Of a DNA stretch of 32,000 bases, positions 1-7,939 are shown piece after piece. The notes below the pieces were generated by a model. That model did no database searches. It was not told where the DNA came from and saw only the letters and a program-made list of their open reading frames with translations. Origin of the DNA: Prochlorococcus sp. MIT 0801. Lineage in GTDB: Bacteria > Cyanobacteriota > Cyanobacteriia > PCC-6307 > Cyanobiaceae. Each line of letters begins with the position of its first letter. The stretch's first letter is position 1. The position numbers and the translations under genes are program-made. The stretch spans positions 750,001 to 782,000 of the forward strand of contig NZ_CP007754.1 of the NCBI RefSeq assembly GCF_000757865.1, written 5' to 3'.

Positions 1-387
1 AATTGGACAACAATGAAAGCAAGAATTGATAGGCTAAAAGATCTTGAACGTATGGAATCGAGTGGTGCTATTGCAATGCGCCCCAAAAAGGAAGGAGCGG
101 TATTACGTAGAGAATTAGAAAGATTGCAAAAATACCTTGGTGGACTTAAAGGAATGAGACGTCTGCCTGATGTTGTGATTTTAGTTGATCAAAGGCGCGA
201 AACAAACGCCGTTTTAGAGGCCAGGAAACTCGATATCCCATTGGTGTCAATGCTTGATACTAATTGTGATCCAGATCTTTGTGAGATTCCAATACCATGT
301 AATGACGATGCAGTTCGATCTGTTCAACTCGTTTTGGGGAGATTAGCTGATGCTATCAATGAAGGGAGACATGGACCCAATGAGTAG
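1..387 (+). CDS. rpsB: 30S ribosomal protein S2, C-terminal part (5' end lies upstream of the window)
   Basis: Frame 1 is open from base 1, so the ATG at 13 is internal. The translation [51 protein letters not shown] matches the conserved S2 C-terminal core. It is followed directly by tsf, the classical rpsB-tsf pair. Confidence 0.93.
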   Translation, partial: NWTTMKARIDRLKDLERMESSGAIAMRPKKEGAVLRRELERLQKYLGGLKGMRRLPDVVILVDQRRETNAVLEARKLDIPLVSMLDTNCDPDLCEIPIPCNDDAVRSVQLVLGRLADAINEGRHGPNE

Positions 388-444
388 TTAGTATATTTTT
401 TTAATAAATTCTTATTTACCTTTTTCTCACTACCCCAAAATAAA

Positions 445-1101
445 ATGGCGGAAATAACAGCTAAACTTGTTAAAGAACTGCGAGATAAGACATCCGCAGG
501 AATGATGGACTGTAAAAAAGCCCTTATCGAAAATAAGGGAGATATGGATAAGTCTATTGAGTGGTTAAGACAAAAAGGCATTGCCAGCGCTGAAAAGAAA
601 TCAAGTAGAGTTGCCGCTGAGGGTGCTGTAGGTAGTTATATTCATACAGGTTCTCGTGTAGGTGTTCTTCTGGAATTGAACTGCGAGACTGATTTTGTTG
701 CTAGAGGTGATTTATTCCAAGGCCTTTTAAGAGACTTATCTATGCAAGTAGCCGCTTGTCCAAGTGTTGAATATGTAAGTGTCGATCAAATTCCAGAATC
801 AATTGCCAACAAAGAGAAAGAAATAGAAATGGGAAGAGATGACCTCTCTGGTAAGCCTGATCAAATAAAAGCTAAAATCGTTGAAGGAAGAATAGGAAAG
901 AGATTAAAAGAAATGGCTCTCTTAGAACAGCCTTTCATAAAAGATAGTTCAATAAATGTTGAAGAGTTGGTAAAACAAGTTGCTGGGAAAATTGGAGAAA
1001 ATATAAGAGTTCGTAGATTTACTAGATATATACTTGGAGAGGGGATTGAGGTTAAAGGACCTGACTTTGCAGAAGAGGTCGCTTCTATGACTTCAATTTG
1101 A
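445..1101 (+). CDS. tsf: Translation elongation factor Ts
   Basis: The N-terminus [27 protein letters not shown] is the EF-Ts UBA-like signature, and [12 protein letters not shown] is the dimerisation-core motif. Length is 218 aa and the gene sits downstream of rpsB. Confidence 0.95.
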   Translation: MAEITAKLVKELRDKTSAGMMDCKKALIENKGDMDKSIEWLRQKGIASAEKKSSRVAAEGAVGSYIHTGSRVGVLLELNCETDFVARGDLFQGLLRDLSMQVAACPSVEYVSVDQIPESIANKEKEIEMGRDDLSGKPDQIKAKIVEGRIGKRLKEMALLEQPFIKDSSINVEELVKQVAGKIGENIRVRRFTRYILGEGIEVKGPDFAEEVASMTSI

Positions 1102-2303
1102 TCTTGTCAAAAAAAAAGCATTTATTTGATTCTAATTTTGATCCTTTAGATCAAATAAGTCTTCTTAAAGAAAAATGTAATAATATATCTCCTCATTTAT
1201 ATAGGGTAAATTCTCTTTATCTCGAGGAGATAAGAAACTCCCTTCCTCAAACTATAAAAACGTCATTATTTTCTCTAATTACTGATAAGATTGGAGACGA
1301 TTTTGGCTTGTCAACAGTTAGTTCAAGAAAAAGATTTCAGTTGGAAATTGATAAATTAGTATCAGATAATATCTCACTCATTACAATTGAACATTTAAAT
1401 GAATTGGCTAAGAAAATTGATGAAGAAAATATTCTTAAATTAAATAATGCTAAAGACGAGATTTCTAATTCATCAAATATGAAAAATGATTCTGAAAGAT
1501 CAGAATCATTTAAAGGTGCTAATTCAATAAATATAAGTTCTACTCCCCCATTGGAGCAATTATCAATTACTGAAGGATGGAATGGCGAATTAAAAGCTCC
1601 ATATACAATTGATGATAAAGAACCTTATATGCAAAGTAAAATATCAGAAAATGATGATCCTTTTAACAATATAAATAATGAAAATAATTCATTAAAAGAT
1701 GATGTTAAGAATTCTGATAGTTTTAAGTTGAGAAGTAAAGATATTGAAATTTTACAATCAATTTTTTCATTGACTGATGAATCTAATTTAAGCGACTTAG
1801 ATTCAAAAATAGCAGATTCATATAATGATACTAACTCTTGCGAAGATTCGGAAAATAATCGGCTATTACCGCAATCACCAATTGGATTATATGAGTGGAT
1901 GATTTCTATAGAGACAGCGTTGGCTAGAAGATTGCGTGACCTTTCTCATTCCATTAATACTGAGCTTTTAAAATCTGGCTTGGTAAATACACTTGTCCCC
2001 ATTAATATTTTAGATGCTGCTTTATCAGGCCAATTGATTTCTTCTAAATCTATATCCAACATTCTTACTTTTAAATTACCTACGAATAATCCATTAGCTA
2101 CTGGTGGTTTAGAAATTGATTGTTTGCTAATTACCCCTGAGGATATGGAATTTGATAATCCAAGACTTAGAAAAAATAGAACAAATATGAAACATTATCA
2201 AAATGTACTCTTAGGTATGATTAAACAACAACGTTACTGGCAAGGTCGCTCCGTAGCAGAAGAGATTAATAAAAAATGGTGGAAGGATACAACAAAAATA
2301 TAA
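1098..2303 (+). CDS. Hypothetical protein with structured N- and C-terminal parts and an Asn/Ser/Asp-rich low-complexity centre
   Basis: A 401-codon open frame in AT-rich DNA. It has no recognisable catalytic motif. The track start is TTG at 1098, overlapping the tsf stop (TTGA), and the first in-frame ATG lies more than 120 codons in. The 3' end overlaps the recG ORF by 28 nt. The start position is uncertain. Confidence 0.6.
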   Translation: MILSKKKHLFDSNFDPLDQISLLKEKCNNISPHLYRVNSLYLEEIRNSLPQTIKTSLFSLITDKIGDDFGLSTVSSRKRFQLEIDKLVSDNISLITIEHLNELAKKIDEENILKLNNAKDEISNSSNMKNDSERSESFKGANSINISSTPPLEQLSITEGWNGELKAPYTIDDKEPYMQSKISENDDPFNNINNENNSLKDDVKNSDSFKLRSKDIEILQSIFSLTDESNLSDLDSKIADSYNDTNSCEDSENNRLLPQSPIGLYEWMISIETALARRLRDLSHSINTELLKSGLVNTLVPINILDAALSGQLISSKSISNILTFKLPTNNPLATGGLEIDCLLITPEDMEFDNPRLRKNRTNMKHYQNVLLGMIKQQRYWQGRSVAEEINKKWWKDTTKI

Positions 2304-4816
2304 CCAGCACTGATTCCGAATCTACTCCTGAAAGCAAATCAAGTGAACTAACGACTTGGATTCGATCTATGCAGCAAGCTTTAACAGTTGAGGTGGATCA
2401 CGGTTTTACTAATATTCAAGGGAGAACAAATAAATTTTCTTATTTTGTAAGTGGATATTTATTAAGTGCTCCTTCTAAAGCTGTTAGGGAGTTTGATTTT
2501 TCTAGATTACAAGAGCTCGCTTTAGATTATAAAAAATATCCAACTATGTCTACAGACGATAGACGTAAATTAATAGTTCAGACCAGACAGGCTCTTCATA
2601 ACCTTTGTAAATATAAGGAAGCCGAAGAGAAAATAGAGTCGAAAAAATTAAAAATAAGAAGATCTCAAGACTCTATTTTGCTTAAGAGGCGTTCTTCGGA
2701 AGACTCACTAAGTTTAGGGAGTGCGATTTCTGCTGTAAAAGGGGTTGGCGTTAAACAAGCTGAGAGATTGTCTGCATTAGGTCTTATTTTAATTCGTGAT
2801 CTCATTAATTATTTTCCTCGCGATTATGTTGATTACTCTTCATTGAAAACGATAGATAGAACTCAAGCAGGTCAGAATGTAACGATTGTGGCAAAAGTTA
2901 GACGATGCAGTTCATTTAAAAGTCCTAAAAATCCAAATCTTTCCATTCTTGAGTTGTTCATAAAAGATAAGACAGGAGGAATGAAAGTTACTAGATTTTT
3001 TGCAGGTCGTCGGAGTAGCAGTATTGCGTATGTAAAATCTCAACAAAGTTTGTATCAAGTTGGTGCAACTGTTGCGGTAAGTGGGTTAGTTAAGGAAAGT
3101 AAATATGGCAAATCGTTAAATGATCCTTTAATTGAAATTATTGATAGCCCCAATGGTTATTTGAAATCTAGAACTATTGGTCAGATATTGCCTGTGTATT
3201 CTTTAACTGAAGGTATTACCGCTGATAAATTCAGAGATCTAATACAATCGATACTTTATTTGACAACTAATATTAAAGATCCATTGCCTAAAGAGGTATT
3301 AAATAGACTTGATTTACCTACTAGGAAAAAAGCATTTTTTCATATTCATAAGCCTGAGGATTCAAAAACTTTAGCTAAAGCAAAAAGAAGAATTGTATTT
3401 GATGAGTTTTTACTATTGCAGCTTAGTCTTCTTTTAAGACGTGATTTACATAAGAAATCTAATTCTCCTCAACTAAGTATTGAGCCAAATATTAATAGCC
3501 TTGTTGGGAAATTCCTGAGTATTCTACCCTTCTCTCTGACTAATGCTCAAAGAAGGGTTTTAAAGGAAATTGAATCAGACATAGTTAAAACAGAGCCAAT
3601 GTCTCGACTATTACAAGGCGATGTTGGTAGTGGTAAAACTGTTATCGCTATTGCAGCACTTCTCACTGCAGTTCAATCAGGATGGCAGGGTGCTTTTATG
3701 GCGCCAACTGAGGTGCTCGCATCACAACACTTTCAAACACTAAGTAAATTGATTCCTCAACTTGAGTTAAATGTTGATCTTTTAACTGGTTCTACGCCAA
3801 AATCTCGTCGTAAACAAATACTTACTGATTTAGCAAATGGCTCTACAAAAATTCTTGTTGGAACTCATGCCTTATTTGAAGACCCAGTTGTCTTCGAACG
3901 ACTTGGCCTTGTAGTTGTCGATGAGCAACATCGTTTCGGAGTTAAGCAGAGGAACAAATTATTGAACAAAGGCTTACAACCTCACTTGCTAACGATGACG
4001 GCTACACCCATTCCTAGAACCTTGTCACTTACTTTGTATGGCGATCTGGATGTTAGTCAATTAGATGAGCTTCCACCTGGTCGAACTCCTATTAATACTC
4101 AGCTTATATCACCAAAAGATAAAAATTATGCATATGATTTGATCAGGAATGAAATTAATAAAGGACGTCAAATTTATGTTGTTTTACCTTTAATTGAAGA
4201 ATCTGAGAAACTAGAACTTAGTGCAGCTATTGACGTACATCATCAATTGTCTACTGAAATATTTTCAGAATTTAAAGTTGAATTACTTCATGGCAAAATG
4301 AAAAGTATAGAAAAGCAGAAGGTTATTCAGAATTTTATAAATAAAAAAAGCGATATTTTGGTATCTACTACGGTCATCGAAGTAGGTGTTGATGTTCCAA
4401 ATGCTAGTGTAATGTTGATAGAAGATTCTGATCGTTTTGGTTTGGCTCAATTGCATCAACTAAGGGGTCGAGTAGGAAGGGGAGCATCCAAGTCATACTG
4501 TCTCTTGAGTCATCAAAACAAAAATAAACTATCTAGACAAAGATTGGACGTTCTTGTGAACTCTAATGACGGATTTGAAATTTCTGAAATTGATTTGCGT
4601 TTTCGTGGACCTGGACAAGTCTTAGGTACTAAACAATCAGGCTTACCTGACTTTGCTCTGGCATCATTAGCTGATGATGCTGATGTCCTAGAAATCGCCC
4701 GGAATGAAGCTCGAAGTATTTTAGATTCCGATCCTTTGCTTTCAAATAACTCAATGCTTCGTTTGTTAATCAAAGAGCAGTGGGAGAGACTAAAAATTGG
4801 TAATAAATTAAATTAA
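2276..4816 (+). CDS. recG: ATP-dependent DNA helicase RecG
   Basis: Walker A GDVGSGKT, DEQH box (VVDEQHRFGV), MTATPIPRTL, and helicase C motifs VSTTVIEVGVDVPNA and QLHQLRGRVGRG. It carries a long N-terminal extension of the kind seen in cyanobacterial RecG. The start could instead be the next ATG at 2366. Confidence 0.93.
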   Translation: MVEGYNKNITSTDSESTPESKSSELTTWIRSMQQALTVEVDHGFTNIQGRTNKFSYFVSGYLLSAPSKAVREFDFSRLQELALDYKKYPTMSTDDRRKLIVQTRQALHNLCKYKEAEEKIESKKLKIRRSQDSILLKRRSSEDSLSLGSAISAVKGVGVKQAERLSALGLILIRDLINYFPRDYVDYSSLKTIDRTQAGQNVTIVAKVRRCSSFKSPKNPNLSILELFIKDKTGGMKVTRFFAGRRSSSIAYVKSQQSLYQVGATVAVSGLVKESKYGKSLNDPLIEIIDSPNGYLKSRTIGQILPVYSLTEGITADKFRDLIQSILYLTTNIKDPLPKEVLNRLDLPTRKKAFFHIHKPEDSKTLAKAKRRIVFDEFLLLQLSLLLRRDLHKKSNSPQLSIEPNINSLVGKFLSILPFSLTNAQRRVLKEIESDIVKTEPMSRLLQGDVGSGKTVIAIAALLTAVQSGWQGAFMAPTEVLASQHFQTLSKLIPQLELNVDLLTGSTPKSRRKQILTDLANGSTKILVGTHALFEDPVVFERLGLVVVDEQHRFGVKQRNKLLNKGLQPHLLTMTATPIPRTLSLTLYGDLDVSQLDELPPGRTPINTQLISPKDKNYAYDLIRNEINKGRQIYVVLPLIEESEKLELSAAIDVHHQLSTEIFSEFKVELLHGKMKSIEKQKVIQNFINKKSDILVSTTVIEVGVDVPNASVMLIEDSDRFGLAQLHQLRGRVGRGASKSYCLLSHQNKNKLSRQRLDVLVNSNDGFEISEIDLRFRGPGQVLGTKQSGLPDFALASLADDADVLEIARNEARSILDSDPLLSNNSMLRLLIKEQWERLKIGNKLN

Positions 4817-4918
4817 CCTTTTGATTGGTTATTACTATTGATCTCAATCCTTTTGAAGGTAGACTTAAGAATAGATTTTTGTGCGAATGAAATTTTACCC
4901 TAATATTCAATACAAATC

Positions 4919-5677
4919 ATGAATTTGCGACCTTGGAATAATATAAAAATAAATGAATGTAATGAGCCTTTAGTTTCTATCCCTCAATCCATTTTTCGAC
5001 TAACACCTCATCCCTATATGTCGTTAGGTGCACCATATTCAACTGGAGTAGATCCATGGGTTTTACGACCCAGTGTTTTAAAAAGATTGATACGAGCACA
5101 ACAATATCTTTTTGATAGTAGTCCTCATTTACAGTTGGCTTTGTTTGATGCATGGAGACCTATCTCTGTCCAGAAATTCATGTTCAATTACACTATTCAA
5201 AAAACTTGTAGATCTAAGGGGATACATATTGATGATGATATCTCAAATAATGGAGACATCATTGATGTGATTGAGGAGGTTGGACGTTTCTGGGCAAAAC
5301 CTTCATCTAATCCTCTTACACCTCCTCCTCATAGTACTGGTGCTGCAATAGATTTGACTCTTGCTGATATGAGCGGAAATCCATTAGATCTTGGCGGGAA
5401 AATAGATTTTATTGGTGCTGAATCTAGTCCTGACTTTTATAAGAAAGCCAATTTAAGGATGCCTTGTTCAAAATATCAAGTTTTTCATAAAAGAAGATCT
5501 CTTTTGTTTTCAATTATGGAACAGGCTGGATTCGTTCAACACCCAAACGAATGGTGGCATTTTAGCTATGGAGATCAATTATGGTCTTGGCTAAGCAATC
5601 AAGGTAATCCTATCTATGGAGCTGCACTTGAAGTAAGTAAAGACATTACACTTTCAGAGCCAAGTTTAGTCACATGA
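4919..5677 (+). CDS. ddpX: D-alanyl-D-alanine dipeptidase, VanX/DdpX family (peptidase M15D)
   Basis: Zn-ligand motifs HSTGAAIDL (HxxGxAxD) and NEWWHFSY (EWWH) are in the spacing typical of VanX-type dipeptidases. Length is 252 aa. Confidence 0.82.
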   Translation: MNLRPWNNIKINECNEPLVSIPQSIFRLTPHPYMSLGAPYSTGVDPWVLRPSVLKRLIRAQQYLFDSSPHLQLALFDAWRPISVQKFMFNYTIQKTCRSKGIHIDDDISNNGDIIDVIEEVGRFWAKPSSNPLTPPPHSTGAAIDLTLADMSGNPLDLGGKIDFIGAESSPDFYKKANLRMPCSKYQVFHKRRSLLFSIMEQAGFVQHPNEWWHFSYGDQLWSWLSNQGNPIYGAALEVSKDITLSEPSLVT

Positions 5678-7758
5678 TCCCCAAGACTTGATGAGGTTCC
5701 AGTATCTTTCCAGCTAAGGAATAAAGGCTCTAATGTCTTTTCTAAGTCATCTATAGGCATTTTTTGTAGATATGGAGTCGCCAACCTTTTTAAATTAGTG
5801 CTGCCTCCAAGCCAAAGTTGGTATTGATTTAAACCACTACCAACAAGAGCTAATTCGGCCATATAAGGGCGAGCACATCCATTCGGACAACCTGTTACTC
5901 TAATTAGGACTGATTTATTGATGTCTAGAATTTTTAATTGATTGTTTATTCTCTCCAAGAGCTCAGGTAAGAATCTTTCTGCTTCTGTCATTGCTAGTCC
6001 ACATAATGGAAGAGCTGGACAAGCCATGGCATGTCTGGCCAATCGGTCAGGAGTCTCCGGATGTATAAAACCAATATCAATGAGTGCCTTCTTTACACTG
6101 GCTTTTTGATAATTACCGATATTGCACAATAAAAGATCTTGGTTGGGAGTTAAACGCACATCTAATGCATATTTTTCAACTATATTTCTAAGCTCTTTCT
6201 TTACTCTTCCTGTAAGTCTACCTGACAACAAAGGTAGACCAACAAACCATAGCTTCTCAGATTGTTGATGCCAACCTAAATAATCTTCAAGTATTGTATC
6301 CCCTTCGTGCTTAAGGTTTTCAATTTGTCTCGTAAAATATTTAGTTGTTAACTGTTTCTTAAACCAATCCACGCCCATGTCGTGCAAAACGTATTTTAGT
6401 CTTGAATGTCTTCTTGTTTTTCTGTCTCCATAATCTCTTTGAAGAGCGAGTATAGATTGAACAAGTTCTAAGATATATTCTCCTTCTACATAGCCAATTG
6501 GATCTGCTATCCTCGCAAATGTAGTGTCCAAGTTGTGTGTTCTACCCATGCCTCCTCCTACATAGACATTACATCCTTCTAGAACTCCTTTTTTGTTTGT
6601 GAACGTCACTAAACCTATGTCATGAGTAAGAATGTCCACTGAGTTGTCTCCCGGGACTGTCGTTGCACATTTGAATTTTCTTGGTAGATAGGTTGCACCA
6701 TATAAAGGCTCTTTTTCATCCCCACTAAAAACACCAGGCTTTAGTTGGAGCTTTCTATTTCTTTTAACTTCAGAAGAAGGCTTGATAGCATATTTGATCT
6801 CGCCATCAACCCATAAATCAATGTATGTTTTTTCTGCTTTTTTGGGCGATAAAACATCGGCAATATCATTAGCTAATTTTCTCGCGGCAGGATAGGAGCC
6901 TTTTTCGTAGGGGGCTGCAGGAGCCATTACATTTCTGTTGACGTCTCCACAGGCTGCAAGTGTAGATCCCATCGATTTGACTATTGTTCCTATTACTTCT
7001 TTAATATTTACTTTTTTTATTCCATGCATTTGGAAGCATTGGCGAGTGGTCGCTCTAAGCGTTTGATTCCCTAGTCGATCAGATAGCTCGTCTAATGCAA
7101 CAAAGAGTGGACCAGGCACATAACCAGCTGGATTTCTTAGCCTCAGCATCATTTGCCAATCTTTACCTGTGCCCCCTCTTTTTCTATGCTCTCGATCGTC
7201 TTGTTGATAACTACCGTGAAATTTTAAAAGTTGTACTGCGTCGTTTGTAAAGTGATCGCTGTCATTTAATAACTCACTGTTTAGGGGTTCATTTAAATAA
7301 TTACTATCGGCTTTAAATTGTTCAAATTTTGCCCGAGGTGAATTATTAGCTATGCAAGGTGATGGAACAGTTTGTTCTGTCTGTTCAATATTGGTACTTT
7401 CATTTTCATCAAAGTTCATCAAAGCTTCAATAGCTGCATTACTAAATCCAGCATCTTTTAAGTCTTTTTCTATGTTTTTTGGAGATTCTTTTGAATTACT
7501 ATTTTTAATTGCCTCTAGTCTTATTCCCTTGGGCAAAGACTTGTTGATATGTTTTGCCTCTTCTTCCCTGAGCTTTTCATCGAATTTTTGTTGAATAGCT
7601 ATTTCTGCTGAGCTTATGTTCTCTTCTGCTTCTTCTTTAGTGTTACCTATTTTTTTTACTACATCACATGTTCCAAAAGCATCCCTTAATTTTCCTCTTG
7701 GTACAGCAACCCTGAGGTAAAAACCCGATCTTCCAGGTATTTCTATGATCTTAGGCAA
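5614..7758 (-). CDS. sir: Ferredoxin-sulfite reductase (siroheme/[4Fe-4S]); maximal ORF shown, canonical-length start is probably the ATG at 7419
   Basis: Contains LKFHGSYQQDDRE and the siroheme/Fe-S cysteine clusters MACPALPLCGLAMTEAER and TGCPNGCARPYMAE. The conserved Sir N-terminus (KFEQFKADSNYLNEPL) begins about 33 aa after the first in-frame ATG (7417..7419). A further 113 stop-free codons extend upstream to a TTG at 7758. Confidence 0.9.
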   Translation of the reverse strand: MPKIIEIPGRSGFYLRVAVPRGKLRDAFGTCDVVKKIGNTKEEAEENISSAEIAIQQKFDEKLREEEAKHINKSLPKGIRLEAIKNSNSKESPKNIEKDLKDAGFSNAAIEALMNFDENESTNIEQTEQTVPSPCIANNSPRAKFEQFKADSNYLNEPLNSELLNDSDHFTNDAVQLLKFHGSYQQDDREHRKRGGTGKDWQMMLRLRNPAGYVPGPLFVALDELSDRLGNQTLRATTRQCFQMHGIKKVNIKEVIGTIVKSMGSTLAACGDVNRNVMAPAAPYEKGSYPAARKLANDIADVLSPKKAEKTYIDLWVDGEIKYAIKPSSEVKRNRKLQLKPGVFSGDEKEPLYGATYLPRKFKCATTVPGDNSVDILTHDIGLVTFTNKKGVLEGCNVYVGGGMGRTHNLDTTFARIADPIGYVEGEYILELVQSILALQRDYGDRKTRRHSRLKYVLHDMGVDWFKKQLTTKYFTRQIENLKHEGDTILEDYLGWHQQSEKLWFVGLPLLSGRLTGRVKKELRNIVEKYALDVRLTPNQDLLLCNIGNYQKASVKKALIDIGFIHPETPDRLARHAMACPALPLCGLAMTEAERFLPELLERINNQLKILDINKSVLIRVTGCPNGCARPYMAELALVGSGLNQYQLWLGGSTNLKRLATPYLQKMPIDDLEKTLEPLFLSWKDTGTSSSLGDHVTKLGSESVMSLLTSSAAP

Positions 7759-7759
7759 T

Positions 7760-7781
7760 GGTACCTACAACGGTACCTACA
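7760..7781. repeat. Tandem direct repeat GGTACCTACA (x2, period 12) in the sir/glyS divergent spacer
   Basis: Read directly from the sequence: 7760..7769 and 7772..7781 are identical, and each contains the palindrome GGTACC. Confidence 0.9.
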
Positions 7782-7939
7782 CTGTATCATTTTTCGTGTT
7801 GTTTAGTGCTTATTTGTTTAAATAAAGCTTTGGGTTATTAAAAGATCCATCCATTGAAGATTAAATTTTTTCTAGGACACAGAGTGTAGAACTAATTCAA
7901 ATTTAGACCTACTCTTATTAGCAACGCAAGGAAATTTTT

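Noticed and set aside
324-581. Remaining short ORFs from the track: 324..581, 4513..4773, 7352..7594, 8560..8772, 8652..8840, 11262..11468, 12034..12234, 16350..16586, 20240..20440, 25906..26106, 29703..29897 and 30053..30268
   Set aside because: Each is 60-90 codons and overlaps a confidently identified gene on the opposite strand. 324..581 also spans the rpsB-tsf spacer. None shows a motif or plausible independent expression signals.
4887-4922. 11-codon uORF (MKFYPNIQYKS) whose TGA overlaps the ddpX-like ATG (ATGA)
   Set aside because: It is too short and AT-rich to distinguish from chance, and I cannot check its conservation. ATGA overlaps arise easily in this composition.
7420-7781. Interpreting the integrase-like peptide plus direct repeats as a mobile element or genomic-island boundary
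   Set aside because: There is no recombinase catalytic domain, no tRNA or att-like flanks, no cargo genes, and the surrounding gene order is housekeeping. At most this is a remnant or a domesticated module, so I report it as a finding, not as a mobile element.
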